A stretch of 64,000 nucleotides of DNA from the NCBI GenBank assembly GCA_951406725.2, contig OX597816.1, positions 35,898,001-35,962,000 of the forward strand, in the 5' to 3' direction. This DNA is from Octopus vulgaris (lineage: Eukaryota). The notes under the pieces were generated by a model. That model was not told the origin of the DNA and made no database searches. It saw nothing but the letters and a program-made list of their open reading frames with translations. The position numbers and the translations under genes were made by a program. Shown here piece after piece: positions 54,401-64,000 of the stretch. Positions within the stretch are counted from its first letter, which is position 1, and every line of letters begins with the position of its first letter.

Positions 54401-56950
54401 ATATGTCTTTACGCATCTTCGCAAATTGTCCTTAAAGTGTGAGACACAACATCGGCATCTAAATGAGACAACATTGTTAAATAATTGGTAGCTATACATT
54501 AAACAGTGAGAATCAAGAGACAGATTAAAAACATGTAAATATCATGAGCTAAATGATTTTAAGTCTCGTCAAATTTCAAAATTATTAAATTCAGAAATAA
54601 TCAATTTGGTGTGGGGAATTATAACTTCAGTGCTTAATAGACGCGCCTATAAATCTGAACAGGTTTTGAATTTAGTGAACGACCTCTGTGATCTACATTC
54701 ATTTAGGATATTATCTGAAGAGTAGAGATGAAATAATGTTTGCTTAATGACCACAGATCAATTGGTCCAGCGTTCAAACTGTGCAATTATGATATAATGG
54801 TAAATATGAAAGGAAGAAAGACAAGAAAAGCATATTATATAAAATTAATAGTAACAGAAATGTGACGAAAAGCAGCATTTATCAATTGGCAAATATAATT
54901 CTTCGAAGTATCAGATTTTAGCTGAGGTGAATGTCTCACTGCATAGTTGAAAATATATGCGGACACAAGGAAATATAATACTGTTTATACAGATATTCTA
55001 AGTTGATATTCTAAGGATTGCTCAGCTAAGTTTATTTATTGACTTAAAGTGAAATCGAATATTTGGTCATTTTATAATTTCATAAAAGCATTCCAAAATG
55101 ACATCTGCATGTTCTTCTGTTAGATAAACATATAATTCTTGCGTTGCATAGCTTCTGAGAAATTTGTCTCTGTACTGACCAAAATGTATAAATGAAATCC
55201 AAATTGTGACATCAAAACGAAAATATTCAACAAGTTGCAATTAATGCTCTAACCTTCACAAAACGGAAATATTAAACACGCGATCGTATTAAGCGCTTTT
55301 GTATCCATTTTATGCTCCATTTCAATGCTTTCCCTTTATTCTTTTTGTATTTCAATTTTAGTGAGCAATTGAACAACGTTCGAATGTAAAGGAATCAATA
55401 GCAATTAGTATCATATTTTATTATCCACAACCTTTGTTGAACTGTTTGAGAAAACATGGACAAACGAATATATGTATTTCACGTCATCCGGTGAAATTCT
55501 GCTCCTAAGGAGAACGTACGTAGATAAATGTTGTGTATTGTCGTCACAGTCATTGGGTCTGTTTTTATATTGGGACCAGACTATGCTCAAAACAAGGTAC
55601 TTTATATCACGACGACCCATTTGATATAGCTAAACGGGAGTAGTGTCATTTACGATGCATTGGTATCATGGACAGGGCGTTGACATTCCGAATAATGTCT
55701 TGGTTTTTGTGAGCCTAGTTTTGAAGATTACGTTTTCTCTGCCAAAGTTAATGAAACATCGTTAAATAATCAAAACAGCAGTTAAATTACCCCAACCACT
55801 AAGCACCGTTTGCTGGTTTGTGCAAGTCCCTGTAAGTTAGTGGCTCGACAAAATGAAGCGATAGAACCTTTACAAAACCATACTAAATTCGACTAAAATT
55901 CGACGAAAATTCTTCAAGACTGTGCCCCAGCACGACCATAGTCTGATGACTGAAAAAAGCAAAAGAAGAGATAAAATGTACCTTCGTAATATGATGTTCA
56001 TTGAACCAATCAACCATGTCACGCCTCAAACTGTTCATAGGGAATACTTTACAATACGTTTATTGACCAGATGATGCCTTGTACATTTGTTTCAATACAT
56101 TGTTCTTCTTTGAAAAGAAGGTTCTATGCAGAAGTGCGCATAGAACAGTGATTCTCAACGGGGATCCATATGGCTTCAGATGCTCCATATAACAATTTGT
56201 GGGTCCACGCAACAAAGTAGTCAATTGGGGGTCTAACATGCTGTTGTAAGGACCCATTTATAAATTTTGCCTTGGATGTATGTATTACAAAAAATAGGTA
56301 GTTTTCTTTCTCTAACATTTTACATAGTTCACCCTACAGAAGTTAATGTGTGAAAAACAAAGTAAGAATTTTGAAAGATGTTTCGATAGAACTAGTTTAA
56401 AACATCGATTGGCTATGAGGGTCCACCAGGAAAAAAAATGATAATCGAAGGAGTCCATACATAACAAATGGTTGAGAATCCCTTTTCCAGAGTAATGGTT
56501 TACTCCATCCGTGATCAAGATATACATTCGCAGGAAACTTTTACGCTATAAACTCAACGCATACACATACATTATGATATGCACGTTCTGACACATGGAC
56601 TCATACACTCTTACTACACAGAAACATCTATATAGATTTCTTTAATAATACGAAAATATCATATACAATAAAACGCAATGAATCTCATCGGTCACGCTAA
56701 GAAAAGAAGAGTAAAACAGCAAACGGGATGGGAGTGAGTGACAGTCAGAAGCACCAAAGCAGGAGAATGGCATACAAACGTTGTTCTCTGAAGACGCTGG
56801 TATTTTAATCAAAATATAACTGCAAATTTTCATCGTAAGTTGTATTTAGATGATCAGTTTGCCTCACGTACACAAATATAATACTAAACAGATTTCTTTT
56901 CAAAATATTATCATTCACTTAGCGCAGGCGCCCACACACACAGAGACACA

Positions 56951-57013
<63 letters not shown>

Positions 57014-57124
57014 CAGAGAGAGAGAGAGAGAGAGAGAGAGGTTGAAGGAGATGTTATACGAACGAGACTATACATGTGTTTATGGCACTGTGTGTGCATA
57101 TGTGCGCGTGTGCTTGTTTGCGTA

Positions 57125-57234
<110 letters not shown>

Positions 57235-57439
57235 CTCTTCATTTTATTCTTTCATTTTAGACCATTTTCCATGCTTGCCCTTTCTCATATAAACCCTTAT
57301 TTCTTTTCACAAGTAAAGGATGATATATTTTACTGATTTCATCGAAAGAGAGAGAGATGGCTTTGTGTGTATGTATATGTTCGTATATATGCCTATAAGT
57401 ATTTATGTACATAAATAGATGTTTATATTTATACATACA

Positions 57440-57823
57440 CTAGCAGTATCGCCCGGCGTTGCTCAGGTTTGTAAGGGAAATAACTATAAAGCATTTGTAG
57501 ATAGTTATAGCCAAAAAATAGCAAAAAAATGGAAAAAAATGATGGTAAATTTTTTTTGAGATTTAAAAATGGTTGAGTTGCGTCCCCTAGATAGTTTTTG
57601 GTTCGTGTTTCTGATTCTCGACCCCATGTCGAATTTATCGATTTTTTTCAGAACTGGGGGAACTTTTCAAAATTTTTGCTGCGTTAGTTTTGAGTTATGA
57701 CATTGGGCTATGTGTGTGTCAAGTTTCATCAGAATCGGTTGAAAGCCGTGGTCAGGGTGAGGGTACAAGCAAACAGACACACAGAAACACGCACAGACAA
57801 ACTGCCGTTTATATAGAGAGAGA
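57440..57823 (-). mobile_element. Non-autonomous Helitron
   Basis: Shares the 3' hairpin + CTAG end with 27471-27865; different interior; TC start on the minus strand. Confidence 0.75.
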
Positions 57824-58840
57824 TACATACACGTACATTATGTGGACGATATTTTGAAACGAAACAGTACAACCAAATTAGCTACTTCAAGGGCTTCAGT
57901 TATGTATATGTAGATATATTTACTATATTGCTGACATTTATCAATGGCTTCTGCTATTTAGCTGATACGCCATTTTGTATCATTGACGTCTTGGGTTTGC
58001 TAATGTAACAATAGTAACCACTGTGTTGTCACATGTATATCTCCTACCGCTTTGGGGGCACAGTTCCATCAACGCCTCATTAATATTCGTAATGATTTCA
58101 GCTATTCTATTTCCGAAATGATTTAAAAGTATAGAATGGTTCAGAGGAATGTTAATAATAAGACTGTTATTTGCAACTGTTAAGGTGCATCAGATAGCCA
58201 TTTAAAAGAAATCTGAACAAATTTTCTTTTCGTCTACATAAAATTCTTTTTAAATGCACATGCGTTCCATAGCCACTACAAATGCATTTTTCCGTTAATT
58301 TTGTTCGGTGATTGGAATGTTTATACATTAGTCCGAGATGAAATGATCTACTAGTAATAAACAAAATAATTATTAAGAATGATATTCCCATTTTTTTCAG
58401 GCTCAGCCAGAAAAAAGTTTATACATTTCTTTTGTACTTATTCCGAACTCAAGGTACTTCAGGAAAACTTTTGCATTTGAGACACCTTCTCTATAACACC
58501 TTCTCTATAAAAGTATACTAACATGCATTCATTAGAAGACAGTAAAAAGAAATAACAGTCTACAAATATATAGAAACGATTTCCTTCATTACTTAAGCGA
58601 TTCTCTTTCTAAAATATTGACGTTTTACGAGATTTAATGTCATGGCTCAAATTTTTGTGCAACTTTTTGTGTAAGTCAGATTCGAAATTATTATGCATGG
58701 CAGATTGTCAGACAAACTTACGCAATAAAAATATACAATGATATTGATTAGCTTCTCCTTTTCTATATTTTTGCTTCAATCAATTTGACACCTTCAACAT
58801 TTTTTCTATTACTTTTGAATTGTTATTCGTTATAATGTAA

Positions 58841-58896
<56 letters not shown>

Positions 58897-58947
58897 TGTA
58901 GGTATATCTATATATCCATATTTGCGTATCTATCGATTTCTATATAC

Positions 58948-58989
<42 letters not shown>

Positions 58990-59664
58990 ACACACATATG
59001 TGTGTGTATGTCTGTCTGTGTACAGGTATAGTGGTTCAAGAAATCCAGGTGAATGCTTCATTGTACTTTTATGCTAAATCATGGTAACACAATGTTACGG
59101 TAGGAAAGGAGAAGTATCCCAAAAAGATGTTTGATAGAAATGGAAAATCTAGGGGAATATATCAGTCACAATCTATGAACGCAAGAAAACGGTTGCAGAT
59201 GACGGTATTACAGTTATTAATCAGTTTTGCTCGTTTCGATAATTTGAGGAAAGGTTACATTAATTAACATGTTATGTTATACACATAAAAAAATATTTTG
59301 TAGAACCATGTAATTTTCCGCGAAACATCTCTTGTAAGTTTACGTATTGAACTTTCTTAATTTCACTGATAACATTGGGGTTAATTAACAATAGAAAATC
59401 AATTGGGAGCGAACTTTTAAGATTTTATTTAGCAAATTCAATTGTAGAGTGTCTGGAAATTTTGTATCTAGCACTCATAGGTTGTTTTTTCCCCCCTGCA
59501 ACAAAGTAGTGATATTAAATTCTCAGTGTTTGTAACTGAAGAGATCAAGCTAAATACTCTTTCAACAACCAATGACTTAGTGGGTAATTGATGTTAAAGC
59601 AAATAATGAAGTTCATTATTAAATTACTGGCACATTATCAAAATTCAAATAGAATCACGTCTAT

Positions 59665-60660
59665 TCAATAAAATCCGTTCTGTCTGTGTGTGTGTGTCTT
59701 CTAGGATCTCGGGTATCCTCCATCTGATTGCGCTCAAATTTGATATGTAAATAACGACGGTATCAGGGCATGTATAAGTCTTGAAAAAATTACAAAAATT
59801 GATTCCAGGTGAGAATGCGATCGATAAATCCGTGGGAACGTGCATTTGTACGCGCAAGGACATCAGCTGTTGCGAACAATACTACGCGTACTCGAGAAAA
59901 ATGCACGTGCAGTTTGCGCAAAAAAGCCGGCTGGCTTCAAATAATGCCACAAAATGCAGTATATTTAAGAGAGCAAAAAAATAAGATACAAAAGAGATAT
60001 TTTCTTCAAACTTGGCATGAAGGAAGGAAATACTATTTGGTTTCTCAAAAAAGATCTTTATTTTTTGCCTTAACTTCGTTTAACAAAACCAAAGAATTTA
60101 TTGAAATAAAGGCATGCTTAATTATTTTTTAATGAAAAGAAAACACTGATTGATTTTTATTCAGCAGATATGATTCAGCAACGTCCATTGGACGGGGAGC
60201 GTTTCGCTCATTATCATATTCATTCATTTGATAATAAAAGGAATATGCTAAGCACTGCACAAGCTAATTGTATGTGAGATTTTTAAAGAAGTATATTGAT
60301 TACTCAACTTTCTGTTCGAATGCATATACATCTTATGCAAAAAGACTTGGGGAAATATAATTTATGTTCTATTATGGAGGAGGAGGAGGAGGGGGTGATG
60401 ATGATGACGATTATGATGATGATATAAACCATGTTATTTTTTTTCGAAGAAAAGAAATGACGGAGATGTACTTGCGCATACAGATGCACATTCCCACGGC
60501 TTTATCGATCGCATTCTCACCTGGAATCGATTTTTGAATTTGTTCGAGACTTACACACTCCCTCATACCGTCGGTATCTACATATCAAATTTGAGCGCAA
60601 TCGTATGGAGGATGCCCGAGACCCTAAGAGACACACAGACAGACAGAACGGATTTTATAT
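59665..60660. repeat. Inverted pair of Helitron-like 5' segments (~59665-59865 / ~60465-60660)
   Basis: ataaaatccgttctgtctg...gcgctcaaatttgatatg...ccaggtgagaatgcgatcgataaa is mirrored, with divergence. Confidence 0.7.
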
Positions 60661-60670
60661 AATTTTATAT

Positions 60671-60738
<68 letters not shown>

Positions 60739-60751
60739 TAGATAGATAGAC

Positions 60752-60820
<69 letters not shown>

Positions 60821-63800
60821 TTTATATACATACATACATGCATACAGACAGACATATTCATTGAGTTATACATAGTATCCTTCCATGTCACGGATGGTTA
60901 TATTTCAAATATCCTGTACACCTTTATATTTCCCAACATAAATATCTTCACGTCGTAATTAATTTTTTAATGATTTTTTTTTCAGTTTCAAATCTACGTG
61001 ATCATTTAATCATACAATATCTTGGTGATTTCATAGCCTTATTCTGAGCTTTTATTCTATTTATATCTCTTCATTTTTTTCAAATCTTATCAATATCCTG
61101 ATTTCCTATGTATATTGCTTTTTGGTTTCAATGCTACTACCAGGAATAAAGTAAAAAAAAAAAAAAAAAAATTGTGGTTGCTTTGAAAATTACTCTTGTG
61201 AATTACAATTCATATAAAGAGTGGTTTAAGAGGAAACTCCTCTTAAAAGTTCCCTATGCGAGGGTGATACTTCAATAGTGTAACAACATACTATATAATT
61301 TACTGCTACAAACTTCTAAACGCGTTTCTCCCTCATTATTTTTATTTAACCAAATACGCTAGTATTACACAAAATCTAACAAGGTGAACGGTAGATAATT
61401 ACATTTACTATGAAATCGTTTAACATTTTTTGTATAATATAATATGACAATCGACGTAATATGGTTACTAATTATAGAGACGATTGTATCTAATCGATGT
61501 CTCACCATTTCTGCGACTTTTCAAGATAAGTAGCTGAATCGAAGCGGAGGCAAATTGAATACCCTCTATGTGTGTATATGTGTATGTGTGTGTCTGTTTG
61601 CATGTGCGCGCGTACTTGCGTGCTAGAGTGTGAGTGCGCGTGTGTGTGTGTGTGTATGTGTGTGTGTGTGTGTGTGTAGCTATATATAACTGGTTGCGGG
61701 TTTATCTTCATAGGAGTGTGAAGGACAGGACCCATATTATAAAAAAAAATATCGAATCCGAAATTCATAAAAATGTTTATTTCTATGTTCTTTTTTTTTT
61801 CTAAGGCATGGACTTGGCATAAGCATTTGGGATTTACCAAGAACCTTGTGTAGGATTAGATTTACGAATAAACGAACGTTTTTGTTCATACAGAAATCTG
61901 TATTGCTAGAAGTGTTGGTAGGTTCATGATTTTATGTAGGTGATAGAGTATATAGTGTTATGATCTGTAGTTCTGCTGAAAATATTGAGTGGTGAAGATC
62001 ACTGTGACATCTTCGAAAGTTAGTGGTGAATGTGACATATATTGTGCTAGAGGGCGATAGAACCGTTGTTAATGACGGTGAGTACAATATGGGTGCTGAT
62101 AGTAGCATTTTGTATAAGATTTCATAGATATAATCGCAATAATATCGTTAAAATGCAAGCAAAATTGAGAGTGGTAAAAATAATATAACCAGGTATGTTT
62201 GTAATGAAGTTAGGGTTGATAAATACGTTGATGATATGTATAGCTGTAATATAGGCGAGCTTACCGTTTGCTGATTGAAAAAAGGAAGTGACACAGGGGA
62301 AATATAATGTTGATGATGAGGATGAAGAGGTTGAGGGGAGGTTGGTGATGATGATGATGATGAGGAGGAGGAGGAGGGGGAGGAGGGGAGGAGGAGGATG
62401 ATAGCAGCACAGATGGAAATGAAGGTGGCGATCGGCTCTGAAAGTTACTGCGATGGTGTCGATGAGCAAGGCGAGGATGTTGATGATGACGATGATCATG
62501 ACGAAGAGAAGGCACATGGTGATGTTAATGATGATGATGACCATGATAATGATGATGATGATGATGATAAGGAGGAGGGGGGATGATGATGATGATGACG
62601 ATTATGATGATGATATAAACCATGTTATTTTTTTTTTCGAAGAAAAGAAATGACGGAGATGGGGATGAAGGTGAGCGTAGGAAATATATTGGAAGGAAGC
62701 ATACATTGAATGGCACGATGTATATTTCTGTGATTAACGATTGCATTTATAAACGTAAAAGGCAAAACTAAGGCATTCAGTACAAAGGTATTCGAAAACA
62801 CTGCTTTAAGATCTGAGATCAAATATTAGAGAAAGACACTGACACATCACATTCTGACAACTACCATGGGGGATCAGGATTTTTTTTTTACACTGCTATC
62901 ACGTTCACAATCAGTGTAGCTTTCTTTTCTATAATAGCAGTGACAAAGGAAACAAGAATTCACTGTTAACTCATGTAGAGTTTGATCTAGAAGCAGGAAA
63001 TACAATTGTCATCAATATAACCATTGATTATATTATAAATATGCTATATATACTGAACTGAGAATATAGCACGCGAGCCTTGGATGATGCATTCGTTACA
63101 GACATCCGCATCCCTTGTGACTAGCGTGGAAAAAGTTTGTTTTATACGTTTTTGACCAAATATTCACCATTGAATATAACGCTACACAGTATAACGTATA
63201 ATGTGTATGCAATAAGGATTAATATATACATATATGTCTTTGTGTGTGTGCGTCTGTGTATGTGTGTGTGTGTGTGCGTGTGTGTATCTATGTCTATGTA
63301 TTTGTCGAGGAACAGATTTAACAATGAATAACTCAAACAAGAAACCGGAAGAGAAATCGATTGGCCGTAATTTAATAATATATGTACATGTTTGAATAAA
63401 TATCAATTGGAGCGTCAAGATTCCTGGCGTTACGAATAACGTCGTTCCTCGGAGGGACTCTATTAGAATATATTGATAGCAAAGAGAATATGTATGTTTG
63501 AAAAATCTGCGCGTGAGGAGGAAGCTATAAAATGACAAAGAAGATTTGAAGGGTATTATATAATCAGATGAAAAGATATCTATGTTTAGTGTCCTCGTTG
63601 TCAAATATAAGTGATTTTAAGCAATTCCGACGTTTTAGGAAATTCTATATACGCGGTCCGCAGTTTAGTATTCTGATACATAAAGCAATGACTAAAAGCT
63701 ACTCTTCATGAAAAGAGATCTAACTGCTGCAATGTTTCCATTTATCTAAATCGGTGAAACATATATCCGTTTACTTCTCTGTTTCATGATTTCATTTCTC

Positions 63801-64000
63801 TTACATTCCGTCTATTTACTAATTTTAGGGTTTGAATTATAACTGCAACACTAAATACTAACACTTCCGTACTAAATTAAACTCAGCCTACGTTAAATTT
63901 TGTTCACATGCACACATAAGTATTCATTCCCAGCCTTCTGATATACTATTTATACATACTTCCCTAATTTTCTGAAGTGTTTGTACATGTAGGAATATCG

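Noticed and set aside
52000-56900. Host exons in the less repetitive stretches (also 11600-14900 and 29200-32400)
   Set aside because: Only short ORFs with no recognisable motifs; small exons cannot be excluded without RNA-seq

Overview
This is AT-rich, microsatellite-saturated eukaryotic DNA. The SINE families look like those of a coleoid cephalopod (Octopus-like; inference). I could not support any host protein-coding exon, and almost all ORFs in the track are microsatellite artefacts. The window is a retroelement graveyard: two CR1-group LINEs, Tc1/mariner relics, non-autonomous Helitrons, tRNA-derived SINEs, and fragments of Penelope-like elements (PLEs) that appear to belong to four lineages (Penelope/Poseidon, Neptune, Nematis, Naiad). 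The main hidden signal is about a dozen minimal type I hammerhead ribozyme (HHR) motifs, several with recurrent non-canonical cores (U4C, U3:A8, A9C). Alongside them is a repeated architecture: 'tail-out' palindromes (0.25-2.6 kb) built from HHR-bearing PLE 3' ends, mostly embedded in (TA)n, including tiny non-coding palindromic HHR units. All calls were made by eye; boundaries of degenerate elements are approximate, and percent identities are visual estimates.
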